Source of the DNA: the human T2T-CHM13v2.0 reference genome, Homo sapiens
Assembly (NCBI RefSeq): GCF_009914755.1
Contig: NC_060939.1
Length of the DNA: 64,000 nucleotides
Reading direction: 5' to 3' (one strand)
Position numbers and translations under genes: made by a program. Position 1 is the stretch's first letter; every line of letters begins with the position of its first letter. The notes under the pieces were generated by a model, which did not search any database, was not told the DNA's origin, and saw only the letters and a program-made list of their open reading frames with translations. Of this stretch, positions 17,156-36,600 are shown piece after piece.

Positions 17156-18123
17156 AAAAATAACCTTTCAAAACAAACAAACCAACAAAAAACACCCATA
17201 GTTCACCTAAATATGCCTGAAAATGTACTTTGCAGGGAACCTAAAATCTGGGATTTGAAGTAAAAAAGGATAACCCCAAGTTGAATTTGTTAAGATTGCC
17301 CACCTTTTCTTTGCTGACAAATGGCAAATGGTTTGCTAACTTCTGGGCAGATGAGAGTTCAGTCAGCACAATCAACAAAGAAGTGACGTTCACTCGGGCC
17401 CAGGCAGGCCTATGTGCTGGGAGCTTTTGGACCTTAAATTGGTCTGAGTTCACTGTTGCTCCAGTTGCAGACAGGAGCAGGCAGGTTCAAGAGTTTCTGA
17501 TGCTTTGCTGTCCAGCAGTCAGCTGACCATGAGCACAGCCGGCACAAGCAGCCCTTTATGCTGGTGAGAATCCTGCCAGCAGTGCTGAGGCACAATCCCT
17601 CCTTTATGTGTTCCCTTTGCACATTTGTATTCTTGGGGCCTTTGGGATTTTTGTTGCTGCAGATAATGGGAAATGGGTGTCGGTGGGTGTTACGAGCAGG
17701 GTTTTCAGTAGACTAGGAAGAACAACTGGTTAAAAATAAAATAACAATAGTGACAAATAGGAAAGGTGGGCAACCTCAGGCAGTACAGCTCCTGAGCAAA
17801 TGCTTCCAGCTTTTACCCTAAAACATAAGCAACTGGGCACAACTCCAGGCCTTGACTGTCTCATTGGCTGATAGGAATAACTACTAGGAACTATTAAGAT
17901 TACCTGATATTCTGGCCTTTTCATAATTACAGTGCAGCCTAGTTGATGTTGTTGGAACATGATGGTTCTTTGATAGAAAAGTCTCTACTTTCATTACAAA
18001 TGGAAAGTGCAAATCAGAAGGGTTTGTACCATTTGGGGTTAGGATCCAAAACATTTGTTCCACCAAGGGGGAAAAGGTCCAACTACAACAAGTTATCTTG
18101 AGATTGTCCAGGGTGTTCTCTAA

Positions 18124-18920
<797 letters not shown>

Positions 18921-19887
18921 TCAGGAAGTGAGAGCTAGCTAGGGGGAAACTAGCATCATTTCAGTTAGGTCTAGTATTGCTGCTAATTTACTGAAAGTTT
19001 TAAAATGTAGCTTTTCTGTAAAGAAACAAACAGGACATTCTAACTAAACAAAGTGCTGTGAAATCAGTCATTCACACTGGGTAGCTAGAGCTACTGTGTC
19101 TCAACTGGAGGAGGCACCATCTCCAGTGGATCATTTAGAAACGTAGAGGGTGGCTACTGGTATTTGGTGCCTGGGGGCCCAGGGCACTAAATGTCTGGTA
19201 ATGTGTGGAAGAGTTCTGCACAAATAATTGTCCCACTCAAAACGCCAAGAGAGCCCCCCTGCCCCGCCCCATTCAGGTACCCGAGCTACACCAGTGGAGA
19301 TGGAGGCTGCACCCATACCTGAGACCTCAGCCAATCAATTCTATGGCCATCTCCTTGAGTGTGTCATCTGGAATAGAAGATCCTGCCCATGTATTGTAGC
19401 TCATCTCTTTAGAACTTTGACTGCCCTTGGAATTCTCCAGTGGGAAGAGTGGCCTCTGTCTAGTGTACCACATGTGGTTCCATAGCTTGATGTATTCTCT
19501 CAGCAAAGGATGAGATCGACAGGAAAGGCTTCAGGAAGCCCTACGGAATTTGGATTCATCAACATTTTGAATCAAAAATCAGAAAAGGGAACATCCAGTG
19601 TTCCCCTTGAGACGATACCCTCAAGTGCTGCTGGTGCTCACCTCCTAAACTCCTAAACGGGGCTGTGACCAGCTTGCCTAGTGCCAACGACAACAGCTCC
19701 AAGGCATCTGGGCCTATCAAACTTCCACTGCGTTCTTTTCCACAAAAGAAAGAATCCCACAGCGCTAGATTTGCTGGCCATCATGTCAAACAAACTCTGA
19801 CCTCTGATCCCAACACAGTGTTGAACATTACAATGAGGATGTTAGAAATTCTGCTGGAGACTGAGTTGAGGTAAAAATAGATACAGG

Positions 19888-20190
19888 GGCTGGGCATGGT
19901 GGCTCACACCTGTAATCCCAGCGTGTTGGGAGGCTGAGGTGGAAGGATTACTTGAGGCCAGGAGTTTAAGACCAGCCTGGGCAGCATAGCAAGACCCTGT
20001 CTCTAAAAAAAAAAAATTTTTTTTTTTAATTAGCTGTGTGTGTTTCCACGTGCCTGTAATCCCAACTACTCGAGAGGCTGAGGCGGGAGGATTGCTTGGT
20101 CCCAGAAGTTGGAGGAGTGCAATGAGCTGTGATCCCGCCACTGCACTCCAGCTTGGTCAACAGAGCAAGACCACATCTCTAAAAACAAAG
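19888..20190 (+). mobile_element. Alu (AluJ-like)
   Basis: Alu consensus. Confidence 0.9.
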
Positions 20191-21545
20191 ACACAGATAT
20201 GAGAAATAAAATAGGGATGAAAGGAATGAGTTAAGACAATGTTAGAGAAGGATGACGTAGTAAGAAACCTGAAGATAACGAAAACCCACATTAACCTAAT
20301 GTTGCAGAAAAGAGGGCTTCATCATTGTTGTCTGAGAAACTTGTGAGTAAAAGACAAAAATAATACATATTGTGAGAAATACATTCAATACAATATAAGG
20401 AAAATATTCTTTAGCTTCTTGAGACTCCATGAAGTTCAAGAGTTAGGAAATTCTGAAAAGGGTTTGGCAGGGTCATAGTGATTCCGTCTGGAAAGGGTTT
20501 GTTTGTGCTTGGTCTCAGGGCTGCTAGGAAGATGGGAAATGTCTCTGGCACTCCAGGAGAGCAATTACTCTGTGCCATGACTTCATGTGCCCCCTCACCA
20601 TGATGCAGTGCCCCATGGGAGATGTTCTGTCACTGATCCCACTGTCTCACTACATTCCAACAGTCCAAAAGACAGGCAAAAATTTAGACTGATAACTTTT
20701 TTTATTAGTCTGATTTAAAAATTAGTTACACAAGTAAAATAATGTCTGTATCACACTCATAATCACGTGTGCACATGAAAATGTTAGCTCAGAGGAGGTT
20801 GAATGCTTCTCCAGTGCAGACTTCCTGGAAAGCTGGAAAGCTGGGCAATGGCTCAGGGGCCCCTGGGCACAGCACTGTCTTCTCCTGAATGAGAATCAGC
20901 TGTGCTGATGCCTACGTTAGTTCAAGAACCAGGAGCTGCATAAACAAGCTTTTGAGAAGTATGCCAGAAGAAGCTCAGATTGATGATGGTGTGTTTGACA
21001 AAATTAATGAAGCCATGCTTATTAGACTGAAAGATAAGATTCCAAATGTGAGAATACAGGCAGTTCTGGCGCTTTCACGACTTCAGGATCCAAAGGATGA
21101 TGAATGCCCAGTGGTTAATGCATATGCTACTTTGATCGAAAATGATTGATTTGAATCCAGAACTTAGACAGGCAGTGTTATCATGTATTGCACCATCAGC
21201 AAAGACTTTGCCAAAAATTGTAGGGTGCACCAAGGATGTGAAAGAGGCTGTCAGAAAGCTGGCTTATCTGGTGTTAGCTGAAAAGGTTCGTATGAGAGCT
21301 ATGTCCATTGCTCAGACAGTAATGCTCCCTCAACAAGGTTTTAATGAGAGATCAGATGCTGTGAAACAAGCTATGTGGAAGCATCTTCTCCAAAGCTGGT
21401 TATGGTTCTCTGAGGGAAATATCTTCGAGTGGCTTCAGCAGTTGGATGTAGAAAATTCTGAAGTGGCAGTCTCTGTCCTCAATGCCATGTTTTCAATGAC
21501 TCCTCTCAGTGAACTGGTGGCAATCTGTAAAAACAATGATGGCAG

Positions 21546-22017
21546 GTACATAAAGGATTCATTCTTTGAAATGTAATACTGATTAACTTCTACAATTAAT
21601 TTGTTTTTTTTCCTCCCCATAGCTTAAGATTATATTAATATCTTTAATCTTACCTCCCTTTTGTTTTCTTTTAGTCTGATGAATATCTTCTTTCCCTTCT
21701 TTTTTCCCCTCCTGGTGTAAGAACTCATTACTTTATCTTAGACTATCTACTTTAGCTGTGGTTTTCTACCCCTCGGTTTCTTACTTTGATTTTTGAATTA
21801 GCCTACCATGAGAAAATCCAGCAACATGCACCCCTAGTATATGTTTGCTTATTTGGTTCTTTTTTGTTCTAAGTTCCTTCATTCCTTTCTGTGTTAATGA
21901 CTCTAATTAAAAGGATAGTGGTTTTAAAGCAAATCTTCTTATTCTTATTTATGTTCTCTTCAATTTGTAATGATATAAAGATCATGCTTTCTCTTACACT
22001 CTTTCTTTTAAGTGAAG
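21546..22017 (+). other. Retained GT-AG intron (472 bp) within the NCAPG retrocopy
   Basis: GGCAG|GTACAT ... pyrimidine tract..GAAG|GAAATTG; removal restores NNDGR-KLI frame; the next exon 22018-22167 (150 nt) ends GAG|GTAAAT. Confidence 0.9.
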
Positions 22018-22464
22018 GAAATTGATTCTAGTGGAAACGTTAACTCCTGAAATTGCTTTGTATTGGTGTGCCCTTTGTGAATATTTGAAATCAAAAGGAG
22101 ATGAAGGTGAAGAATTTTTAGAGCGGATTTCGCCAGAGCCTGTAGTATATATAGACTATTTACTGAGGTAAATTTTTTTTTCTTTTAGTTTGGAGAATGC
22201 TTGTGTTGCTGCAACTGTTAACCTCCCAGCCCCCTTCCTCGAGGTCATGCTTGATTGTGAATATGTTAAAAATCCTTTTTTTTTTTTTGTACATGCCGGG
22301 ATAGTTATATACATTGAGTCTTTTTGAATATCTTGTATATCTTGTGCTGGTCTGTATAATGAAAGAGCAAATCATGTTTAGGATCATTTCTTCAAAACTA
22401 TTAAGATATGATTATGAACATTTCTGCATATACAGTTGATAATGATGATGTATTATTTCTGAAA

Positions 22465-22535
22465 TTGGTTGGCACATTTTCTGTTAAGTGCCAGATAATA
22501 AGTATCTTAGGGTCTTGTGGGCCATACCATCTGTC
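22465..22535. mobile_element. MER58-like fragment at the 3' end of the NCAPG retrocopy
   Basis: ggttggcacattttctgttaagtgccagataataagtatcttagg..gtgggccatacc..ctgtc resembles a MER58A terminus. Confidence 0.65.
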
Positions 22536-24879
22536 AAAAACAAAAACAAAAAACAAAAAAGACCAGGAGCTGGTTGGACATTTGTGAATGTTCTCTTGCC
22601 CTACTTCGACTCTCACTTCTCTTAAGTTCTGTACCTCGACTACACAAATCAGAGGCTGCCAGCAGATGGATGTGTGCACGTGTGTGTATGAATGTACTTC
22701 CTGTCCACCTGGAACTTACCTGCAAAAATCCTTGCCACAATTTGGATGTGCAGAGAAAGTGTTGTTTCTTATTTTCTTTATATCCTTTCTTGCCTTCCTC
22801 AGGTACTACCTATTACCAGCAGGAAAACAAAGCAAACAAACCAACAGAACCCAGGAAAATGGAAATGGCCCACCTGATTTAAGCTTTAGACATACACAAT
22901 ACTTTATTGTACATAAGTGTCAAATGAAATTAAAAACGAGGAAAAAAAGACATACACAAGACTTTAAATGGCTCCGTGGGCACTGTCCAGCCCTCAGCTT
23001 GGATCCGTCTGGCTATCCTTGTATGTGGTGGCATTGCTTTGGGTGTCAGGGACGCCCTTGGCTGCTTGGCTTCTGGACTCCCTGCTTACTTATGAGCTCA
23101 GGCCTGGGGCTGGGGGGTTCATGGTGGGACCCGTGGGCACAGGAACCACTCTTGTGGGGCATAGCCCCCAATGGACCCAGATTAGACCCCTCTAAGTGCC
23201 TGTAGTGCCATCCATGCAACCACCTCCAGCCCTGCCTCAGCCTGACCTCGCTCTAGCACCATGGACTTGGGGCCCACCCAGCGGCTCTCAGCCACCCCTT
23301 TCATGCTGGGACTTTGTGAGGGACACTCAGCACCTACATCAGGCTGATCGCCTCGCCAGACTCTTCCTGCTCTTTTTTTATCCACCACGCTGTAGACTGC
23401 CGAGGTAGACTTTTCTTTACATTTCCTCTGTGACATCTTCCCCCTACCACTTCAGAGAAAGCCCTGAGGCCCAGCAGGTCCAGCAGATGGATGGAAGGAC
23501 TCTCTTCATCTCCACTGTAAGAAATGGTTTAAGCTGCAAGGCATACCTAGACCATTCAAATAGCAGCTGAAAGAATCCACCAAATCCACAAAGCACGGAT
23601 TTCAAGCCTAGCCTCTTGACAAGAGAGAACATACCTGCTCTCGGCCCCAGGCAATAAACCCCTTGACTTGATTTTGAGATGAAAGAGGCTAGAAGGAAAT
23701 GTGGCATAAGGACAAAAGGCACTGGTTAAATATTTGTAGACTATTCTTTCCATTACCACTGTTCTATAGAGTCTTGAGGAGAAAACAAGACAAAGCAACA
23801 AATAATTATATAATTCAGTAGCTGCAATAGATAAAGAGAACCATTAAAAGAATAGGTTTTCTCAATTATAAAATGAGGCATTAACCAAATTTTGAATATT
23901 AACTATATATTTGACTATTCCTGGACAACTAGAAGGCTGGCGATTGTACATGCATTTGTATTTGCCAGTTGTGTGTCTTCCTCCTTTCAACCTCACACAG
24001 CTAATTTATGTTGACCCTCAAAAAAGAAAATGAGTACTTGAATGTCAAGGCATGTGACTTTCATTCTAGGACATATAGTAACTTCCAGAGCACTGAGTCA
24101 GCAGTCTAAAGGTTTAGCCTTCATACTCCTGACAGCTGTTTATTTCTTTCAGTGTAATTTCAGAGAAACATATCCAGAAGGGATTTGCTGCCCTAGATCT
24201 ATCAGAAAACATATTTAAGATATTCTGTAGTTTTATAGCACAAAAATCTAACGCTAAATAATCACATCATAACAGGGTTTCAATTTCTGTAATAATTTAT
24301 CTTAAATCAGGCACAAGGGTATTTAAAGCACACAACTAATACTTTGTAGAGATTTAATGAGATGATGTATGGGAGCAGTAGGGGCTGAGACATTTGTTTC
24401 CAGTACTATTTTAAAGCAATAAGAGAATAATAGCATTTGAAATAACCTTTCCAATCTATTGGATTCAGGCTTCTGCCTTCTGTATCTAAAAAGAAGCTTA
24501 GTCACTGGCTTCTGGTAGATGAGTAGGACTTCTCAAAGATCAGGAAGGCTTGGGGTCATAGCTGGTGATGCATAAAGGGCCCCAGGTCAAGAAGTCTAAG
24601 CCCATCAGGCTCAGATTGAAACCAGGAACCTGAGCGACAGGCCAAATTGGGACTTAGGAGGTCCTCTAGGCAAAATCAGTCCCTGAAAAGGAAGATTGGA
24701 GCAGAAACCAGTGGCTCCAGCAGGTGGGAGAGAGCAGACAGCAGTTTTCATCCACAAGGTAACTGGCTGCTTTGATAGCAGCTCTGCCTCCCTAAGTGCT
24801 TCAGATATGAAGCAACTCCTAAGAAAAGAACTAGAATTAAAACTATCAAAAATTACAAGAATTAAAATAATAGAGTAGA

Positions 24880-26150
<1,271 letters not shown>

Positions 26151-26159
26151 AATTTAAAA

Positions 26160-29949
<3,790 letters not shown>

Positions 29950-29950
<1 letters not shown>

Positions 29951-32900
29951 TAATATACTAGTTGGCCACATAGATATCTTCTTTTGAGAAATGTCTATTC
30001 ATGTCCTTTGCCAATTTTTTAACGGAGTTTTTTGTTTTCTGCCTAATTTAAGTTCCCTACAGAATCTGGATATTAGACCTTTCCCAGATGCATAATTTGC
30101 AAATATTTTCTCCCACTATTTACTCTGTTGATAGTTTCTTTTGCTGCAGGATGCTCTTTAGTTTAATTAGGTCCCCATTTGTCTATTTTTGGTTTTGTTT
30201 CAATTGCTTTTGGCATCTTTGTCATGAAATCTTAGCCAGGGCCTATGTCCACAATGGTATATCTCAGGTTTTCTTCCAGGGATTTTATATTTTTAGGTTT
30301 TTCATTCAAATTTTTAATTCATCTTGAGTTGATTTTTGTGTATGGTGAAAGGAAGGAGTCCAGTTTCAATCTTTTGCCTATGCCTAACCAGTTATCCCAG
30401 CATCATTTATTGAATAGGGAGTCCTTTCCCTATTACTTGTTTTTGCTAATTTTGTTAAAGATCAGACGGTTGTAGCTGTGCCACTTTATCTCTGGGTCCT
30501 TTGTTCTGCTCTTTTTTTCTTCGAGTCTATTTTTGTACCAGTATCATGGTGTTTTGGTTTCTACAACCTTGTAGTAAAGTGTGAAGTCAGGTAATAGGAT
30601 GCCTCCAGCTTTGTTCTTTTTGCTTAGGATTGCTTTGGCTATTCGGGCTCATTTTGGTTCCATATGAGTTTTTAAATAGTTTTGTATAATTCTGTGAATA
30701 ATGTCATTGGTAGTTTGATAGGAATAGCATTGAGTCTACAAATTGCTTTGGGCAATATGACAATTTTGACAATATTTATTCTTCCTATCCTTGAGCATGG
30801 CATGTTTTTCTATTTGTTTGTGTCATCTCTGATTTCTTTCAGCAATTATTCAGTAATTCAGTAATTATTATTGTAGAGACCTTTCACCTCTGTGGTTAGC
30901 TGTATTCTGAGGTATTTTACTTTTTGTGTGTCTATTGTAAATGGCATTGCATTCTTGATTTGGTGTTACTGGTGTAAAGAAATGCTACTGATATTTATAC
31001 ATTGATTTTATATCCTTAAACTTTGGTGAAGTAGTTTATCAGTTCTGGGAGCTTTGGGGCGAAGACTATGGGGTTTGCTAAGTATAAAATCATATTGTTT
31101 GCAAGGAGAGATGGTTTGACTACCTCTTTTGCTGTATGGATGCTTTTTATTTCTTTCTCTTGCCTGATTGCTCTGGCTAGGAATTTCAGTACTATGTTGA
31201 ATAGGAGTGGTGGGAGTGGGCATCCTTGTCTCGTTCTGGTTCCCAAGGGGAAGGCTTGCAGCTTTGGCCCATTCAGTATGATGTTGGCTGTGGGTTTGTC
31301 ATAGACAGCTCTTACTATTTTGAGGTATGTTCCTTCAATGCCTAGTTTGTTGAGGGCTTTTAACATGAAGGGAGGTTTAATTTTGTCAAAAGACTTTTCT
31401 GCATCTATTGAGATGATCATGTGGTTTTTGTCTTTAGTTCTGTTTATGTAATGAATTACATTTATTGATTTGTGTATGTTGAACCAAACTTGCATCCCAG
31501 GGATAAAGCCTACTTTATAGTGCTGGATTTGTTTTTTGATGTGCTGCTGAATTCAGTTTACCATTATTTTATTGAGGGATTTTGCATCTATGTTCATCAG
31601 GGATATTGGCCTGAAGTTTCCCCTTTTTGTTGTGCCTCCACCAGGTTTTGGTATCGGAATGATGCCAGCTTCATAGAATGAGCTAAGGAGGTGTCTCTCC
31701 TCCTCAATTTTTTGGAATAGTTTTAGTAGAATTGGTACCAGCTCTTCTTTATACATCTGGTAGAATCTTTCTGGCCCAGGACCCTCTCTGGTTGGTAGGC
31801 TTTTTATTACTGATTCAGTTTCAGAACTTGTTACTGATCTGTTCTGGTTTTAATTTCTTCTGGATTAAATCTTGGGAAGTTGTTTCCGAGAAATTTATCC
31901 ATTTTTCTAGGTTTTCTAGTTTGTGTGGTAATGTCCCCTTTGTCATTTCTGACTGTGTTTATTTGGATCTTTTCTCTTCTTTCCTTTATTAGTTTAGGCT
32001 AGTGGTCTATCGATCTTATTTATTCTTGCAAAAAAACCAACTTTTGGTATCGTTGACCTTTTGTGTGTTTTATTGTGTCTCAATTTCTTTCAGTTTGGCT
32101 TTGATTTTTGTTTTCTTTTCTTCTGCTAGCTTTACGGTTAGTTTGCTCTTGTTTTTCTAGTTCCTCTAGGTGTGTTAAGTTGTTCATTTGAGGTCTTTCT
32201 AACTTTTTGATGTGGGCACTTAGCACTATAAAGTTTCTTCTTCACACTGCATTAGCTGTTTCCCAGAGATTCTAGTATGTTGTATCTCTGTCTTCATTCG
32301 TTTCCAAGAATTTCTTGATTTCTGCCTTAATTTCATTGTTTACCCAAAGTCATTCAGGAGTAGATTGTTTAATTTCCATGTAATTGTATAGTTTTGAGCA
32401 ATCTTCTAAGTATTGATTTCTATTTTTATTGTGCTGTGGTCTGAGAGCGTGGTTGGTATGATTTTGTGTTTTATGAATTTGTTGAGCATTGTTTTATGGT
32501 CGAGCGTGTGGTTGGTTTTTCAGTATGTGCCACCTGCAGATGAGAAGAATGTAATGTATAGTCTGTTGTTGGCTGGAGTGTTCCGTAGATGTCTGTTAGG
32601 CCCATTTGGTCAAGTGTCGAGTTCAGGTCTTGAAAATCTTTGTCAGTTTTCTGCCTTGATGATCTAATACTGTCAGTGGAGTGTTGAAGTCTTCCACTAT
32701 TTTTGTGAGGTTATCTAACAAAATAGGTCTCTAAGAGCTTGTTTTATGAATCCAGTGCTCCAGTGTTGGATGCATGTGTATTTAGGATAGTAAAGTCTTG
32801 TGGAAATTAAACCCTTTATCATTAAGTAATGCCTATCTTTGTCTTATTTTATTGTTATTGATTTAAAATCTGTGTTGTCTAAAATTAGAAAAGGAACCCC

Positions 32901-33625
32901 TGCTCTTTTTTCTTTCCATTTACTTGGTAGGTTTTTCTCTATCCCTTTACTTTAAGCCTATGGGTCTCATTGCATGTGAGGTGGATCCTCTGAAGACAGC
33001 ATAAAGTTAGGTCTTGTTTCTTTATCCATTTTGCCACTCTGTGTCTTTTAAGTGGAGGATTTAGCCTATTTACATTCAAGGTTAATATTGATATGTGCGA
33101 TTTGATCCTGCTGTTGTGTTGTTAGCTGGTTGATTGTATAGTTGTTTTATAGCATCAATGGTCTATGTACTTAAGTGTGTTTTTGTGGTGGCCAGTAACA
33201 GTGTTTCATTTCCATGTTTCGCACTCCCTTAAAGGCCTCTTGTAAGGCAGGTCTGGTGGCAATGAATTCCCTTAGCATTTGCTTGTCTACAAAGGATCTT
33301 ATTTCTCCTTCACTCATGAAGCTTAGTCTGGCTGGATATGAAATTCTTCGTTGGAACTTCTTTTCTTTAAGAATGCCAAATATAGGACCCCAATCTCTTC
33401 TGGCTTAAGGGTTTCTGCTGAAAGGCCCACTGTCAACCTGATGGGGTTCCCTTTGCAGGTGTCCTGCCCCTTTTCTCTAGCTGCTTTTAATATTTTTTCT
33501 TTCATATTGATCTTGGAGAATCTGTTGACTATGTGATTTGGGGATGATTGACTTGTATACTATCTCACAGGAATTCTGTGCATTTCCTGAATTCTAATGT
33601 TAACCTTTCTAGTGAGTTTTGGGAA
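29950..33625 (-). mobile_element. L1 (L1PB-like) ORF2 and ORF1 3' part, degenerate
   Basis: Minus-strand peptides [48 protein letters not shown]; KEKILKAAREKGQ..KGNPIRLT. Confidence 0.92.
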
Positions 33626-36600
33626 TTTTTTTAAAATTTATTTAAGTTCTCAGATACATGTGGAGAACGTGCAGATTTGTTACATAGGTACGCATGTGCC
33701 ATGGTAGTTTGCTGCACCTATCAACCCCTCATCTAAGTTTTAGGCCCCGCATGCATTAGGTATTTCTCCTAATGCTCTCTCTCCTCTTCCCCGCCGCCCC
33801 CGACAGGTCCCGGTGTGTGATGCTCCCTTCCCTGTGTCCATGTGTTCTCATTGTTCAACTCCCATTTATGAGTGAGAACATGCAGTGTTTGGTTTTCTGT
33901 TCCTGTGCTAGTTTGCTGAGAATGATGGTTTCCAGCTGCATGCATGTACCTGCAAAGGACATGAACTCATTCTTCTTCATGGCTGCATGATAGTCCATGG
34001 TGTGTATGTGCCAGATTTTCTTTATCCAGTCTATCATTGATGGGCATTTGGGTTGGTTCCATGTCTTTGCAATTGTAAATAGTGCTGCAATAAACATACG
34101 TGTGCATGTGTCTTTATAGTAGAATGATTTATATTCCTTTGGGTAAATATCCAGTAATGTGACTGCTGGGTCAAATGGTATTTCTCGTTCTAGATCCTCA
34201 TGGAATTGCCACACTGTCTTCCACAGTGGTTGAACTAATTTACACTCTCACCAACAGTGCAAAAGGTTTCCTATTTCTCCACATCCTCTCCAGCATCTGT
34301 TGTTTCCTGAATTTTTAATAATCACCATTCTAACTGGCATGAGATGGTATCTCATTGTGGCATCAAATTTGATGGTATCAAAAAGATTTGCATCAAAACT
34401 TGATGATAGCAAAAGATTTGCATTTCTCTAATGACTAGTGATGATGAGTTTTTTTCATATGTTTGTTAGCTGCATAAATGTCTTCTTCTTTAGAGAACTG
34501 TCTGTACATATCCTTTGCTTACTTTTTGATGGGATTGTTTGTTTTTTTCTTATACATTTGTTTAAATTCCTTGTAGATTCTGGGTATTGGACCTTTGTCA
34601 GATGGGTAGTTTGCAAAAATTTTCTCCCATTCTGTAGGTTGCCTGTTCACTCTGATGATAGTTTCTTTCACTGTGCAGAAACTCTTTAGTTTGATTAGAT
34701 CCCATTTGTCAATTTTGGCTTTTGTGCAATTGCTTTTGGTGTTTTAGTCATGAAGTCTTTGCCCATGCCTATGTCCTGAATGGTATTGCCTAGGTTTTCT
34801 TCTAGGGTTTTTATGGTTTGGGGTTTTACATTTAAGTCTTTAATCCATCTTGAGTTAATTTTTGTATAAGTTGTAAGAATTTGCATATGTTGAACCAGCC
34901 TTGCATCCCAGGGATGAAGCTGACTTGATTGTGGTGGATAAGATTTTTGATGTGCTGTTGGATTTTTTTGCCAGTGTTTTATTAAGGATTTTCTCATTGA
35001 TGTTCATCAGGGATATTGGCCTGAAATTTTGTTTTTTTTGTTGTGTTTCTGACAGCGTTTGGTATCAGGATGATGCTGGCCTCATAAAATAAGTTAGGAG
35101 GATTCCCTCTTTTTTGATTGTTTGGAATAGTTTCAGAAGGAATGGTACTAGCTCCTCTTTGTACCTCTGGTAGAATTCGGCAGTGAATCCATCTCCTGGG
35201 CTTTTTTTGGTTGGTAGGCTATTAAGTACTGCTTCAATTTCAGAACTTGTTATTGGTTTATTCAGGGATTCGACTTCTTCCTGGTTTAGTCTTGGGAGGG
35301 TGTATGTGTCCAGGAATTTATCCATTTCTTCTAGATTTTCTAGTTTATTTGTGTAGAAGTGTTTATAGTATTCTCTGATGATAGTTTGTATTTTTGTGGG
35401 ATCAGTAGTGATATCCTCTTTATCATTTTTTATTGTGTCTATTTGACACAATAAAATTTATAGATAAATCCATGAAGATGAGGGAAAAACAGCACAAAAA
35501 AGCTGAAAATTCCAAAAACCAGAATGCCTCTTCTCCTCCAAATGACTGCAACTCCTCTCCAACAAGGGCACAAAACTGGATGGAGAATGACATTGATGAA
35601 TTGACAGAAGTAGGCTTCAGAAGGTGGGTAATAACAAACACCTCTGAGCTAAAGGAGCATGTTCTAACCCAATGCAAGGAAGCTGAGAACCTTGACAAAA
35701 GGCTACAGGAACTGCTAACTAGAATAGCCAGTTTAGAGAGGAGGATAAATGACCTGATGGAGCCGAAAAACACAGCACAAGAACTTCATGAAGCATACAC
35801 AAATATCAATAGCCAAATTGATCAAGCAGAAGAAAGGATTCAGAAATCAAAGATCAACTTAGTGAAATAGTCATGAAGACAAGATTAGAGAATGAAGAAT
35901 GAAAAGGAATGAACAAAGCCTCCAAGAAATATGGGACAATGTGAAAAGACCGAATAGACTAGTATTGATTGGGGGTCCCTGAAAGTGATGGGGAGAATGG
36001 AACCACATTGGAAAACACACTTCAGGATATTATCCAGGAGAACTTACCCAACCTAGCAAGACAGGCCAACATTTAAATTCAGGAAATACAGAGAAGTATT
36101 GAGGATACTCCTCAAGAAGTGCAACCCCAAGACACATAATCATCAGGTTCTCCAAGGTTCAAACTAAGGAAAAAATGTTAAGGGCAGCCAGAAAGAAAGG
36201 TCAAGTTACCTACAAAGTTAAGCCCATCAGACTAACAGTGGATCTTTCTGCAGAAACCCTACAAGCCAGAAAAGAGTGGGGGCCAATATTCAACACTCTT
36301 AAAGAAAAGAATTTTCAACCCAGCATTTAATTTAATAGTCAGCCAAACTAAGCTTCATAAGTGAAGGAGAAATAAAATCCTTTACAGACAAGCAAATGCT
36401 GAGGGATTTTGTCACCACCAGGCCTGCCTTACAAGAGCTCCTGAAGGAAGCACTAAATATAGAAAGGAAAAACTAGTACCAGCCACTGCAAAAACACACC
36501 AAATATAAAACCAATGACACTATGAAGAAACTGCATCAACTAATGTGTGAAATAACCAGCTAGCATCATAATGACAGGATCAAATGCACACATAACAATA

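Larger units (their letters stand above)
20939..22561 (+). pseudogene. NCAPG: Partially processed, 5'-truncated NCAPG (condensin I subunit G) retrocopy
   Basis: Translates to INKLL..QIDD..KDKIPNVRIQAVLALSRLQDPKDDECPVVNAYATLIEND / ..AVLSCIAPSAKTLPKIVG..KNNDGR, then after an intron KLILVETLTPEIALYWCALCEYLKSKGDEGEEF; frameshift/stop at ~21147; A-rich tail 22536-22560; TSD core ACCAGGAGCTG at 20928-20938 and 22562-22572. Symbol is that of the parent gene. Confidence 0.93.

Noticed and set aside
20939-22167. NCAPG segment as part of a live gene or segmental duplication
   Set aside because: 5' truncated at a TSD, frameshift/stop at ~21147, fused upstream exons and a poly(A) remnant indicate retrotransposition
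22588-23205. 205-aa ORF containing CVYECTSCPPGTY, reminiscent of a TNFR cysteine-rich repeat
   Set aside because: The Cys residues come from TG-rich low-complexity sequence; no signal peptide, full cysteine spacing or supporting exon structure
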